From NCBI RefSeq assembly GCF_053078305.1, contig NZ_CP166879.1: a stretch of DNA of 64,000 nucleotides; one strand, given 5' to 3'. A model generated the notes under the pieces. That model saw nothing but the letters and a program-made list of their open reading frames with translations, was not told the DNA's origin and searched no databases. The number at the start of each line of letters is the position of its first letter. The first letter of the stretch is position 1. Below, in pieces: positions 20,322 to 32,727 of this stretch. The position numbers and the translations under genes are program-made.

Positions 20322-20712
20322 GGAACCAATTTTTGTATCTCACTAACTTGGTTAATCCCTAGAATCAGGGAATGGATTTATTTTATCAATGCTATTGTGA
20401 TTATGATAGATGGGTAATTGCTATGAGTTAATGAGAAACAAAAATTTTAAATAATGTCCGGATCCGGAGTTGAGTCACACCGTTACAAGGCGTATTTTCG
20501 TGACCGGTGAAAAGCTGCGGTGAAGAGGACTACGATGTTGTCGATTTTTTTGCTTCAACTTGTGCTAAGTCTGCTTTCAAAACGACAAACTAAGTTCGAT
20601 TTTCGTATCACATTCAACGTCTTTTCTTTTATCCGACTCAGATTAAGTCTCCAACTAAATCTGAAAATATGGTGATGGACAACCGACCAGGGATGGTCTT
20701 TTCTACGAGAGG

Positions 20713-22281
20713 ATGCGTATGAACTCGTTTTCACTTCTGACAACCCCGTGGTTGCCCGTTCGTTTTAAAGACGGAACGACAGGCAAACTGGCGCCAGTCG
20801 ATCTGGCTGATGAAAATGTTGTCGATATCGCTGCGCCACGAGCAGATCTCCAGGGAGCAGCATGGCAGTTTTTACTGGGGCTACTACAAACCAGTTTCGC
20901 GCCCAAAAATCATGGTCGTTGGGATGATATCTGGCAAGACGGACTGGAAGCCGAAAAGCTACGGGAAGCATTGCTGTCTTTAGAACATGCTTTCCAGTTT
21001 GGGCCAGATTCCCCTTCATTTATGCAGGATTTCGAGGCGCTCACGGGAGATAAAGTTCAGGTTGCTTCATTACTGCCTGAGATTCCCGGCGCTCAAACAA
21101 CGAAGTTTAATAAAGACCACTTTATTAAGCGTGGCGTGACTGAACACGTATGCCCTCATTGTTCCGCGTTAGCTCTGTTCTCCCTACAGTTAAATGCACC
21201 GTCAGGCGGCAAAGGCTACCGAACCGGTTTACGCGGCGGTGGGCCGATGACGACTCTGATTGAATTGCAGGAGTATCAGGGCAATCAACAAGCCCCCTTG
21301 TGGCGCAAACTGTGGCTCAACGTGATGCCGCAGGATGAAGCCGACTTACCGCTACCCAAAAAATTTGACGATCTGGTTTTCCCCTGGCTTGGCCCGACGC
21401 GTACCAGCGAACTGGCCGGTGCGGTGGTAACCGATGATCAGGTCAATAAACTCCAGGCGTACTGGGGAATGCCGCGGCGTATTCGTATTGATTTTAATAC
21501 CACGACAGTCGGCAACTGCGATATTTGCGGTGAGCAGGACGACGCGCTTCTGAGCCTGATGACGACCAAAAATTACGGTGCGAATTATGCCATGTGGCAG
21601 CATCCATTAACGCCTTACCGTGTACCACTTAAAGAGGGTGGCGAGTTTTACTCAGTTAAACCACAACCAGGCGGTTTAATTTGGCGCGACTGGTTAGGCC
21701 TTATCGAAACGGGTAAGTCAGAAAACAATACGGAACTTCCCGCTCTGGTGGTGAAACTCTTTAATGCCAGCAGTCTCAAGCAGGCAAAAGTAGGCCTATG
21801 GGGATTTGGCTATGATTTCGACAACATGAAAGCCCGCTGTTGGTACGAACACCGTTTCCCGCTGCTGCTCAATAAAAAAGAAGGCCAGATACCGAAACTG
21901 CGGCTGGCTGCGCAAACGGCTTCACGCATTCTAAGTCTGTTACGGAGTGCATTGAAAGAAGCATGGTTCTCCGATCCAAAAGGTGCACGGGGTGATTTCA
22001 GTTTTGTGGATATCGACTTCTGGAACAAAACTCAGCATCGCTTCCTGAGGTTAGTGCGCCAAATTGAAGAAGGTCAGGATGCGGATGAATTACTCAGCAA
22101 ATGGAATAAGGAGATTTGGTTATTCTCGCGTCAGGATTTTGACGAGCGTGTATTCACCAATCCTTATGAGCCCGTTGATTTAAAACGCGTCATGACCGCG
22201 CGCAAAAAATATTTTACAACATCGGCGGAGAAGCAAAATGCTAAAGCCGCCAGGGAGAAAAAGCAGGAGGCTGCTGAATGA
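20713..22281 (+). CDS. casA: Cascade large subunit Cse1 (CasA)
   Basis: 522-aa ORF; start could be the ATG at 20719; first gene after the AT-rich intergenic region. Confidence 0.9.
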   Translation: MRMNSFSLLTTPWLPVRFKDGTTGKLAPVDLADENVVDIAAPRADLQGAAWQFLLGLLQTSFAPKNHGRWDDIWQDGLEAEKLREALLSLEHAFQFGPDSPSFMQDFEALTGDKVQVASLLPEIPGAQTTKFNKDHFIKRGVTEHVCPHCSALALFSLQLNAPSGGKGYRTGLRGGGPMTTLIELQEYQGNQQAPLWRKLWLNVMPQDEADLPLPKKFDDLVFPWLGPTRTSELAGAVVTDDQVNKLQAYWGMPRRIRIDFNTTTVGNCDICGEQDDALLSLMTTKNYGANYAMWQHPLTPYRVPLKEGGEFYSVKPQPGGLIWRDWLGLIETGKSENNTELPALVVKLFNASSLKQAKVGLWGFGYDFDNMKARCWYEHRFPLLLNKKEGQIPKLRLAAQTASRILSLLRSALKEAWFSDPKGARGDFSFVDIDFWNKTQHRFLRLVRQIEEGQDADELLSKWNKEIWLFSRQDFDERVFTNPYEPVDLKRVMTARKKYFTTSAEKQNAKAAREKKQEAAE

Positions 22282-22814
22282 GTATTGTAAAAGAGGAGCA
22301 CAAAGCCACGCTGCGTAAATGGCACGAAGAGTTGCAGGCTAAACGCGGCAATCGTGCCAGTCTGCGGCGTAGCACAACGGTTAATGATGTTTGCTTGTCA
22401 GAAGGGTTTCGTTCTCTGCTGATGCAGACCCACACTTTGTGGAAAATTGAAGCACAAGAGTGGCGTTTTACCGCACTGGCGCTGGTCGCCGCAGTTAGCG
22501 CCAATGTAAAAGCCATTGATGAACGGCAGCCTTTTGCCGCGCAGCTGGCGGCGGTAATGTCGGAGGGGCGTTTTACTCGCCTGTCGGCAGTAAAAACGCC
22601 GGATGATTTACTGCGTCAGTTACGTCGCGCGGTCAAATTATTAAACGGTTCCGTCAATCTTATCTCTTTGGCAGAAGATATTTTCCGCTGGTGCCAGGAG
22701 AGCGACGACCTGCTCAATCATCACCGCCGCCAGCAGCGGCCAACCGAATTTATCCGTATCCGCTGGGCACTGGAATATTACCAGGCTGGCGACGCCGATA
22801 ACGAACAAAATTAA
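22278..22814 (+). CDS. casB: Cascade small subunit Cse2 (CasB)
   Basis: 178-aa ORF overlapping the casA stop. Confidence 0.9.
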   Translation: MSIVKEEHKATLRKWHEELQAKRGNRASLRRSTTVNDVCLSEGFRSLLMQTHTLWKIEAQEWRFTALALVAAVSANVKAIDERQPFAAQLAAVMSEGRFTRLSAVKTPDDLLRQLRRAVKLLNGSVNLISLAEDIFRWCQESDDLLNHHRRQQRPTEFIRIRWALEYYQAGDADNEQN

Positions 22815-22828
22815 TAAAGGACTATCTC

Positions 22829-23884
22829 ATGACAACATTTATTCAGCTTCATTTGTTAACCGCTTACCCTGCTGCCAACCTTAACCGTGATGATACTGGT
22901 GCGCCAAAAACTGTGGTACTGGGTGGTGCAACGCGTCTGCGCGTTTCCTCACAAAGTCTGAAACGTGCGTGGCGCACTTCTGCACTTTTTGAACAGGCAC
23001 TGGCGGGCCATATTGGTATTCGCAGTGGGCGAATTGCGCGTGAGGCGGCAACTATCCTGATTGAGAAAGGAATCGAAGAGAAAAAAGCCATCGAATGGGC
23101 GGCAAAAATTGCGGATTATCTTGGGAAAGCTAAAAACGACAAAAAACCAAAAGATCCGCTCACTAACGCCGAAACTGAACAATTAGTTCATATCAGCCCG
23201 GCAGAATTTGACGCCGTAAAAGCGCTGGCCCATCAACTGGCAGAAGAAAAGCGCGCGCCAAAAGAGGAAGATCTCGCGTTGTTACGTAAAGACCGTATAG
23301 CGGTAGATATCGCTATGTTTGGTCGTATGCTGGCGAATAAACCTGAGTTTAATGTTGAAGCCGCCTGCCAGGTCGCGCATGCGTTTGGTGTCAGTGAAAC
23401 GATTGTCGAAGATGATTTTTTCACCGCCGTTGATGATTTGCGCCAGGCCTCTGAAGATGCCGGTGCCGGGCATCTCGGAGAAACCGGATTCGGTTCAGCA
23501 CTTTTCTACACCTATATCTGCATTGATAAAGATCTGCTGGTAGAAAACCTCGGCGGTGACGAAGCGTTAGCTAATCAGACCATACGCGCTTTTACGGAAG
23601 CCGCGCTTAAAGTTTCCCCAACCGGTAAACAAAATAGCTTTGCCAGCCGTGCCTACGCCTCCTGGGCGCTGGCGGAAAAAGGCACTGATCAACCGCGTTC
23701 TCTGGCGGCGGCTTTCTATGAACCCATTAATGGTACCCGTCAGTTAGATGTGGCGGTGCAGCGTATTACAACGCTTCGCGAAAACATGAATACGGTCTAC
23801 GAACAGAAGACTGAATGCGCAAGTTTTGACGTGATGAACAAACAGGGAAGCATGAAGGACGTACTGGACTTTATCTGCGCGTAA
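22829..23884 (+). CDS. casC: Cascade backbone Cas7e (CasC)
   Basis: 351-aa ORF; N-terminal MTTFIQLHLLTAYPAANLNRDDTGAPK. Confidence 0.9.
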   Translation: MTTFIQLHLLTAYPAANLNRDDTGAPKTVVLGGATRLRVSSQSLKRAWRTSALFEQALAGHIGIRSGRIAREAATILIEKGIEEKKAIEWAAKIADYLGKAKNDKKPKDPLTNAETEQLVHISPAEFDAVKALAHQLAEEKRAPKEEDLALLRKDRIAVDIAMFGRMLANKPEFNVEAACQVAHAFGVSETIVEDDFFTAVDDLRQASEDAGAGHLGETGFGSALFYTYICIDKDLLVENLGGDEALANQTIRAFTEAALKVSPTGKQNSFASRAYASWALAEKGTDQPRSLAAAFYEPINGTRQLDVAVQRITTLRENMNTVYEQKTECASFDVMNKQGSMKDVLDFICA

Positions 23885-23894
23885 GGGGCGGCTT

Positions 23895-24641
23895 ATGAGC
23901 CAATATCTGATTTTTCAGCTTCATGGGCCAATGGCATCCTGGGGCGTCGATGCCCCCGGCGAAGTGCGTCATACCCATGAACTGCCTTCGCGCTCAGCAT
24001 TGCTGGGTCTGCTGGCTGCCGGGGTAGGGATTCGGCGTGATGATACCGAACGCTTAAACGCGTTTAATCGCCACTATTCACTGGTGGTTTGCGCCAGCCG
24101 TAACCCGCGCTGGGCACGGGATTATCACACGATCCAGATGCCAAAAGAGGTGCGCAAAGCGCGTTATTTCAGCCGTCGCGAAGAGTTGAGCGACTCTGAT
24201 CTTCTGAGCGCGATTATCTCCCGGCGCGACTACTACACCGACGCCTGGTGGATGGTGGCGGTGGCAACAACAGCCGATGCGCCTTACAGCCTCGAACAGT
24301 TGCAGGGCGGTTTACGCCATCCAGTTTTTCCTCTTTATCTGGGGCGAAAAAGTCATCCGCTGGCATTACCACTTGCGCCGTTACTGCTCGAAGGCAACGC
24401 GTCTGATGTTTTACGTAACGCATACCAACAGTATCAGGATCATTTCCACGACCTGAAAGTCTCACTCCCGAAACTTCAGGATGAATGCTGGTGGGAAGGG
24501 GAGCACGACGGCCTGGTCGTGAGCAAAATATTACGCCGCCGGGATGTTCCTTTAAATCGCCAGCAGTGGCTGTTTGGGGAACGCACCGTCAATCAGGGGC
24601 CGTGGCTCAGCAAGGAGGAACCATGTACCTCTCAAGAATAA
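23895..24641 (+). CDS. casD: Cascade Cas5e (CasD)
   Basis: 248-aa ORF at the expected position in the operon. Confidence 0.9.
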   Translation: MSQYLIFQLHGPMASWGVDAPGEVRHTHELPSRSALLGLLAAGVGIRRDDTERLNAFNRHYSLVVCASRNPRWARDYHTIQMPKEVRKARYFSRREELSDSDLLSAIISRRDYYTDAWWMVAVATTADAPYSLEQLQGGLRHPVFPLYLGRKSHPLALPLAPLLLEGNASDVLRNAYQQYQDHFHDLKVSLPKLQDECWWEGEHDGLVVSKILRRRDVPLNRQQWLFGERTVNQGPWLSKEEPCTSQE

Positions 24642-25269
24642 CCTTACATACCGCTCAGCTTTTGCCTGCGCAGTTGCTGCATCTGGTGGATCGCGGTGAA
24701 TATGTGATGCATCAGTGGCTGTGGGATCTCTTCCCTGGCGGCAAAGAAAGGCAATTTCTTTATCGTCGGGAGGAACTTCAGGGTGCGTTTCGCTTTTTTG
24801 TCCTCTCGCAGGAACGCCCGGCGGAAAGTGAAACTTTCACTATCGAATGCCGGTCATTTGCTCCGGAGCTGCGTACCGGACAATCCCTTTGTTTCAACCT
24901 GCGGGCGAATCCCACAATTTGTAAAGCGGGCAAGCGCCACGATCTGCTGATGGAGGCGAAACGGCAGGTGAGGGGACAGGCGGAAGGGCGTGATGTCTGG
25001 TTGCATCAACAACAGGCGGCGCTGGACTGGCTGGCAGCGCAGGGGGAGAGAAGCGGTTTTACACTGCTGGATACCTCGGTTGATGCCTACCGACAACAGC
25101 AACTGCGGCGGGAAAACTCCCGGCAACTGATCCAGTTCAGTAGCGTGGATTATACGGGGATGCTTACGGTCACCGATCCCGGGTTATTTCTGCAACGTCT
25201 CAGTCAGGGGTATGGCAAAAGCCGCGCGTTCGGCTGTGGTCTGATGCTGATCAAACCCGGAGCAGAGGT

Positions 25270-25273
<4 letters not shown>
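24623..25273 (+). CDS. casE: Cas6e (CasE) pre-crRNA endoribonuclease
   Basis: 216 aa from ATG 24623 (MYLSRITLHTAQLL...); the track ORF starts upstream at 24485; overlaps casD end. Confidence 0.9.
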
Positions 25274-26483
<1,210 letters not shown>

Positions 26484-26580
26484 GTTATGTGTTCTTTAAA
26501 AATAAGGAAATGTTTGAATTTAGTTGGTAGATTGTTGATGTGGAATAAATTTGTTTAAAAACAGATATGTATGCTTAGTG
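26484..26580 (+). promoter_or_regulatory. CRISPR leader (AT-rich) between cas2 and the first repeat
   Basis: 97-bp AT-rich stretch ending ...AACAGATATGTATGCTTAGT directly before the first repeat. Confidence 0.8.
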
Positions 26581-27579
26581 TGTTCCCCGCGCCAGCGGGG
26601 ATAAACCGGGGGGGCAATAATATGTGCGGCGGATCACCAGGTGTTCCCCGCGCCAGCGGGGATAAACCGTCGGAAAAATGGCTGGCCTCAACGGTGAAAA
26701 CGTGTTCCCCGCGCCAGCGGGGATAAACCGCCAGGGTGAAACTTTTCGCTGACGTAAATAAAGTGTTCCCCGCGCCAGCGGGGATAAACCGACAATCACA
26801 TATACGACGCGAGACGGAGATCGGTGTTCCCCGCGCCAGCGGGGATAAACCGTGATGGGCGAATACAAGCGCTGGCGCAACGAGGTGTTCCCCGCGCCAG
26901 CGGGGATAAACCCGGCATTCTTAACCGGCGCAACAAGGGGGGCGCGTGTTCCCCGCGCCAGCGGGGATAAACCGGTTAACTCCAGGTGGCGCGGCAGTGT
27001 TCAGAAGTGTTCCCCGCGCCAGCGGGGATAAACCGTGCTCTCATTTGTGTCGGCATCACTCGCGTCGGTGTTCCCCGCGCCAGCGGGGATAAACCGTCTG
27101 CCGCGAGCTGGTCTACGCCTACGCCATGGTGTTCCCCGCGCCAGCGGGGATAAACCGACATATGCCACAACCAGGCGAAGAAAAGTGTTCCCCGCGCCAG
27201 CGGGGATAAACCGCCCGTCACCGACGCGCAGTGGCGCTACCGTGAGTGTTCCCCGCGCCAGCGGGGATAAACCGGTCGCTGGGTTATTTTGTGTTGTGGG
27301 GCGATCGTGTTCCCCGCGCCAGCGGGGATAAACCGCTCATATTCGGATTGATCGTGTGTTTCGGTTTGTGTTCCCCGCGCCAGCGGGGATAAACCTGCGT
27401 ATATCTGTTGATGCGCACGGCGTGGCGGGTGTTCCCCGCGCCAGCGGGGATAAACCGAATGATTTAATACCAGACGCAGAGTGCCACACGTGTTCCCCGC
27501 GCCAGCGGGGATAAACCGGGCGCACTGGATGCGATGATGGATATCACTTAGAATTCCCCGCCCCTGCGGTAGAACACCC
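26581..27579 (+). CRISPR. cas-proximal CRISPR array (type I-E): 16 intact repeats plus 1 degenerate terminal repeat, 16 spacers
   Basis: Repeat GTGTTCCCCGCGCCAGCGGGGATAAACCG starting at 26581, 26642, 26702, 26763, 26824, 26885, 26946, 27007, 27068, 27129, 27185, 27246, 27307, 27368, 27429, 27490; degenerate GAATTCCCCGCCCCTGCGGTAGAACACCC at 27551-27579. Confidence 0.97.
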
Positions 27580-27599
27580 AGCTCCCATTTTCCAACCCA

Positions 27600-28637
27600 T
27601 CAAGACGCCTTCGCCAACTCCTTCACCAGCGGTAGCATTATCCGCATAACGTCACGGCAACGACGTTCTATTCTTCCAGGAAGTGCTTTATCAATATGTT
27701 GCTGATTATCCAGTCTTACGTCATGCCAGCTATTTCCCGCAGGGAATGCGGCTGTTTTTGCGCGTTGCTGATAACCATCCTTATTCCCAAGATTCCAGTT
27801 AGTCGCTTCCACCGAAAGTACAGCAATGCCCGCTTTGTCGAATATTTCTGCGTCATTACAACACCCAGTGCCTTTCGGATAATTTTTATTCAAACCCGGA
27901 TTGGTCGTTGCGGCAATTCCATGACTACGCGCAATTGCCAGCGCCCTGTCGCGCGTTAATTTCCTTACTGCTTCAGGGGTTTTTACACCGCTGTTGAAAT
28001 ACAATTTATCGCCAACAATTAAGTTATCGAGATTAATCACCAGCAGCGTATTTTTCTTTTCGGTGTCACTCATCCGCTTGAGTAAATTCTCAGCGCCTAA
28101 TTTCCCTTCCTCTTCGCCGCTGGTCGCCACAAATCGAATACCATACTCGGTAGGCGTATTTTTCAGGCGTTCTGCCAATTCCAGCATGACACCTAAACCT
28201 GCGGCGTTATCATCCATTCCTTGTAACGTCAGCCCGCCGAGATTGGCATCGGCGTCAGCATCGCTCAGCGGGGCGTAAGTATCCAGATGCGCCATAATGA
28301 TGATCTGCTGCGGCGCTTTGCCTTCATGAGCGGCAATCACCGTACTTCCCGTCACGTTATGCCAGCTCTTGCGATTATCGCGGGCGGTATAAATATACCG
28401 ACTATTAAATGTCCGAATATCACTGCGATAACCCATTTGCTGAAACTGTTGGCGAATATAATCGGCAGATAACATTTCTGCAGGAGTTCCGGTCATGCGT
28501 CCCGGAAAGAAAGTAGCAATATGTCGTGCCTGGGTATTAGCAAAATCGCCAGGTTTAGGTGACGAGGCGTGTACGGGGAGAATAAAGCATACGCCGAGCG
28601 CCAGGGCAGCGGTACGGTGGCGCAATGCGGAAAACAT
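27600..28637 (-). CDS. iap: Alkaline phosphatase isozyme conversion aminopeptidase
   Basis: 345-aa ORF with signal-peptide-like N-terminus; flanks the CRISPR array. Confidence 0.85.
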   Translation of the reverse strand: MFSALRHRTAALALGVCFILPVHASSPKPGDFANTQARHIATFFPGRMTGTPAEMLSADYIRQQFQQMGYRSDIRTFNSRYIYTARDNRKSWHNVTGSTVIAAHEGKAPQQIIIMAHLDTYAPLSDADADANLGGLTLQGMDDNAAGLGVMLELAERLKNTPTEYGIRFVATSGEEEGKLGAENLLKRMSDTEKKNTLLVINLDNLIVGDKLYFNSGVKTPEAVRKLTRDRALAIARSHGIAATTNPGLNKNYPKGTGCCNDAEIFDKAGIAVLSVEATNWNLGNKDGYQQRAKTAAFPAGNSWHDVRLDNQQHIDKALPGRIERRCRDVMRIMLPLVKELAKAS

Positions 28638-28888
28638 AGTGAGTCCTTAAATACCATGCAAATTTTTTTACCGCCATAGTATGAAACTGCCGCTGCGCTA
28701 AAACAATTTCAAATCTTCCTAAACGCCCGAAATCCGGTGCCTTAAGCACTTTTTGATATTAGCTTTGCCAAATCGTTATTCCGTTAAGGAACTACTCATT
28801 CTAATTGGTAATTTCATTCGTTCTCTTACGCTCCCTATAGTCGAAACATCTGATGGCAAGAAAATAGCGGTATTGCAAAGGAACGGTT

Positions 28889-29797
28889 ATGGATCAAATA
28901 CGACTTACTCACCTGCGGCAACTGGAGGCGGAAAGCATCCACATTATTCGCGAGGTGGCGGCAGAATTCTCAAATCCGGTGATGCTCTACTCTATCGGTA
29001 AAGATTCCAGCGTCATGCTGCATCTGGCGCGCAAGGCGTTTTATCCAGGTACGCTACCTTTCCCGTTGCTGCATGTCGATACCGGCTGGAAATTCCGCGA
29101 GATGTATGAGTTCCGCGATCGTACGGCGAAAGCCTACGGCTGCGAGCTGCTGGTGCATAAAAACCCGGAAGGCGTGGCGATGGGGATTAATCCATTCGTG
29201 CACGGCAGCGCGAAACATACCGATATTATGAAAACTGAAGGTCTGAAACAGGCACTGAACAAATACGGTTTTGATGCCGCCTTCGGTGGTGCGCGCCGTG
29301 ACGAAGAGAAATCCCGTGCTAAAGAGCGTATCTACTCTTTCCGTGATCGCTTCCATCGCTGGGACCCGAAAAATCAGCGCCCGGAGCTGTGGCACAACTA
29401 TAACGGGCAGATTAACAAAGGCGAAAGCATCCGCGTTTTCCCGCTCTCTAACTGGACCGAGCAGGATATCTGGCAATACATCTGGCTGGAAAATATCGAC
29501 ATTGTTCCGTTGTATCTCGCTGCGGAACGTCCGGTTCTGGAACGCGACGGTATGTTGATGATGATTGATGACAACCGTATCGACCTGCAACCGGGCGAAG
29601 TGATTAAAAAACGGATGGTGCGTTTCCGTACGCTGGGCTGCTGGCCGCTGACCGGTGCGGTGGAGTCAAATGCACAAACGCTGCCGGAGATCATCGAAGA
29701 GATGCTGGTTTCCACCACCAGTGAACGTCAGGGGCGTGTGATTGACCGCGACCAGGCTGGTTCTATGGAGCTGAAAAAACGTCAGGGGTATTTTTAA
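28889..29797 (+). CDS. cysD: Sulfate adenylyltransferase subunit 2
   Basis: 302-aa ORF of the PAPS-reductase-like ATP pyrophosphatase family. Confidence 0.95.
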   Translation: MDQIRLTHLRQLEAESIHIIREVAAEFSNPVMLYSIGKDSSVMLHLARKAFYPGTLPFPLLHVDTGWKFREMYEFRDRTAKAYGCELLVHKNPEGVAMGINPFVHGSAKHTDIMKTEGLKQALNKYGFDAAFGGARRDEEKSRAKERIYSFRDRFHRWDPKNQRPELWHNYNGQINKGESIRVFPLSNWTEQDIWQYIWLENIDIVPLYLAAERPVLERDGMLMMIDDNRIDLQPGEVIKKRMVRFRTLGCWPLTGAVESNAQTLPEIIEEMLVSTTSERQGRVIDRDQAGSMELKKRQGYF

Positions 29798-29798
29798 G

Positions 29799-31226
29799 AT
29801 GAACACCGCACTTGCACAACAAATCGCCAATGAAGGCGGCGTCGAAGCCTGGATGATTGCGCAACAACATAAAAGCCTGCTGCGTTTTCTGACCTGTGGT
29901 AGCGTCGATGACGGCAAAAGTACCCTGATTGGTCGTCTGCTGCACGATACCCGCCAAATCTATGAAGATCAGCTCTCATCGCTGCATAACGACAGCAAAC
30001 GACACGGTACCCAGGGCGAGAAACTGGATTTGGCGTTGCTGGTGGATGGCCTGCAAGCTGAACGCGAACAGGGTATTACTATCGACGTGGCTTACCGTTA
30101 TTTCTCTACCGAGAAGCGTAAATTTATTATCGCCGACACCCCCGGGCACGAGCAGTATACCCGCAATATGGCGACCGGCGCCTCAACGTGTGAGCTGGCG
30201 ATCTTATTGATCGACGCCCGTAAAGGCGTGCTCGATCAAACCCGTCGTCACAGTTTTATCTCCACGCTGCTGGGGATCAAACATCTGGTCGTAGCGATCA
30301 ACAAAATGGATCTGGTGGATTACAGTGAAGAGACATTCACCCGCATTCGTGAAGACTACCTGACTTTCGCCGAACAGTTACCTGGCAATCTGGATATTCG
30401 CTTTGTGCCGCTCTCTGCGCTGGAAGGCGACAACGTGGCTTCGCAAAGTGAAAGTATGCCGTGGTACAGCGGTCCGACACTGCTCGAAGTGCTGGAAACC
30501 GTGGAGATCCAGCGAGTGGTGGATGTCCAGCCAATGCGCTTCCCAGTGCAGTACGTTAACCGCCCAAATCTCGATTTTCGTGGCTACGCCGGAACGCTGG
30601 CATCCGGTCGCGTGGAAGTCGGGCAACGTGTAAAAGTGCTGCCCTCTGGTGTGGAATCAAACGTCGCGCGGATCGTGACTTTTGATGGTGATCGCGAAGA
30701 AGCCTTTGCCGGAGAAGCGATCACCCTGGTGCTGACGGATGAGATCGACATCAGCCGTGGCGATCTGCTGCTGGCGGCAGACGAAGCGTTACCAGCTGTG
30801 CAGAGCGCGTCGGTGGATGTGGTATGGATGGCGGAACAGCCGCTTTCCCCGGGCCAGAGTTATGACATCAAAATTGCCGGTAAGAAGACGCGTGCTCGTG
30901 TTGATGGCATTCGTTATCAGGTTGATATTAATAACCTTACCCAACGCGAAGTTGAAAACCTGCCGCTGAACGGCATCGGCCTGGTGGATCTCACTTTTGA
31001 CGAGCCACTGGTGTTAGATCGTTATCAGCAAAACCCGGTTACCGGTGGGCTGATTTTTATCGATCGCCTGAGCAATGTGACCGTAGGTGCCGGTATGGTG
31101 CATGAGCCAGTTAGCCAGGTAACTGCTGCGCCATCTGAATTTAGTGCATTCGAACTGGAATTGAATGCCCTGGTTCGCCGCCACTTTCCACACTGGGGCG
31201 CGCGCGATTTGCTGGGGGATAAATAA
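29799..31226 (+). CDS. cysN: Sulfate adenylyltransferase subunit 1 (GTPase)
   Basis: 475-aa ORF; GTP-binding motifs GSVDDGKST and DTPGH. Confidence 0.95.
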
Positions 31227-31831
31227 TGGCGCTGCATGACGAAAACGTCGTCTGGCATAGCCATCCGGTCACTGTGCAACAACGCGAGCTACACCACGGT
31301 CATCGTGGTGTAGTGCTGTGGTTTACCGGCCTCTCCGGGTCCGGTAAATCAACGGTCGCCGGGGCGCTGGAGGAGGCGTTACATAAACTCGGCGTTAGTA
31401 CGTATCTGCTGGATGGCGATAATGTTCGCCACGGATTATGCAGCGATCTCGGTTTTAGCGATGCCGATCGTAAAGAGAATATCCGTCGCGTCGGTGAAGT
31501 GGCGAATTTGATGGTTGAAGCCGGACTGGTGGTGCTGACCGCATTTATCTCGCCACACCGCGCCGAACGCCAGATGGTTCGCGAACGCGTAGGAGAAGGG
31601 CGCTTTATCGAAGTGTTTGTCGATACGCCGCTGGCGATTTGCGAAGCCCGCGATCCAAAAGGCTTATATAAGAAAGCGCGTGCCGGTGAACTGCGCAACT
31701 TTACGGGAATAGATTCCGTTTACGAAGCGCCTGAATCGGCAGAAATTCATCTCAATGGTGAACAATTAGTAACAAATTTGGTACAGCAATTATTAGATCT
31801 GTTGAGACAGAACGATATTATCAGATCCTGA
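31226..31831 (+). CDS. cysC: Adenylylsulfate (APS) kinase
   Basis: 201-aa ORF; P-loop GLSGSGKST. Confidence 0.95.
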
Positions 31832-31880
31832 GACACCACCGGGTTTCCATGCCCGGTTCGTCAAAGTAACAGGATCAAAT

Positions 31881-32204
31881 ATGCGTAATAGCCATAACAT
31901 TACACTAACAAATAACGACAGCCTTACTGAGGATGAAGAAACCACATGGTCACTGCCTGGTGCCGTGGTCGGTTTTATCTCTTGGTTATTTGCGCTGGCG
32001 ATGCCGATGTTGATTTATGGCTCTAACACGCTGTTCTTCTTTATCTACACCTGGCCTTTCTTTCTGGCACTGATGCCTGTCGCGGTAGTGGTGGGGATTG
32101 CGCTGCATTCATTGATGGACGGAAAGCTACGCTACAGTATTGTTTTCACCCTGGTGACAGTAGGCATTATGTTTGGCGCACTGTTTATGTGGCTACTGGG
32201 CTAA
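31881..32204 (+). CDS. ygbE: Small inner-membrane protein
   Basis: 107-aa hydrophobic ORF; synteny. Confidence 0.7.
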   Translation: MRNSHNITLTNNDSLTEDEETTWSLPGAVVGFISWLFALAMPMLIYGSNTLFFFIYTWPFFLALMPVAVVVGIALHSLMDGKLRYSIVFTLVTVGIMFGALFMWLLG

Positions 32205-32397
32205 TTTGTACTTTCTCGTCTCCTCTGTTCATAATTCAAACCGTAACTAATAATGAGATTATGTTCTGCACGCCCTGGGTATACGTAACAATGGACAAAT
32301 GTGGTACATTTGCCCGCGTTGTCGCGGTATCCCCAACAGAGGATGTAGAGTCGTCTTCGGATGCATGGGATGATGATGCCGTTTTTCAGGGGGCAGG

Positions 32398-32709
32398 ATG
32401 GGTAAACTAACGCTGCTGTTGCTGGCTATTCTGGTCTGGCTACAGTATTCGCTGTGGTTCGGTAAGAACGGTATACATGACTATACCCGCGTCAATGATG
32501 ATGTGGCGGCACAGCAAGCTACAAACGCGAAACTTAAAGCGCGAAACGATCAACTTTTTGCCGAAATTGACGATCTCAATGGCGGCCAGGAGGCGCTCGA
32601 AGAGCGTGCGCGTAATGAACTCAGCATGACCAGGCCGGGCGAAACTTTTTATCGTCTGGTACCTGACGCGTCGAAGCGCGCACAGTCTGCGGGGCAAAAC
32701 AATCGATAA
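32398..32709 (+). CDS. ftsB: Cell division protein FtsB
   Basis: 103-aa ORF with N-terminal transmembrane segment followed by a coiled-coil-like region. Confidence 0.9.
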
Positions 32710-32727
32710 ATCAGCCCGGGAATTAAC

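Noticed and set aside
20330-20712. Small ORFs (7-18 codons) in the cas3-casA intergenic region
   Set aside because: No ribosome-binding sites and no conservation evidence; the region is better explained as the AT-rich casA promoter.
32189-32410. 73-aa ORF filling the ygbE-ftsB intergenic region
   Set aside because: Starts with GTG inside the ygbE 3' end, has no convincing ribosome-binding site at internal ATGs and no recognisable motif; likely a chance open frame in a promoter region.
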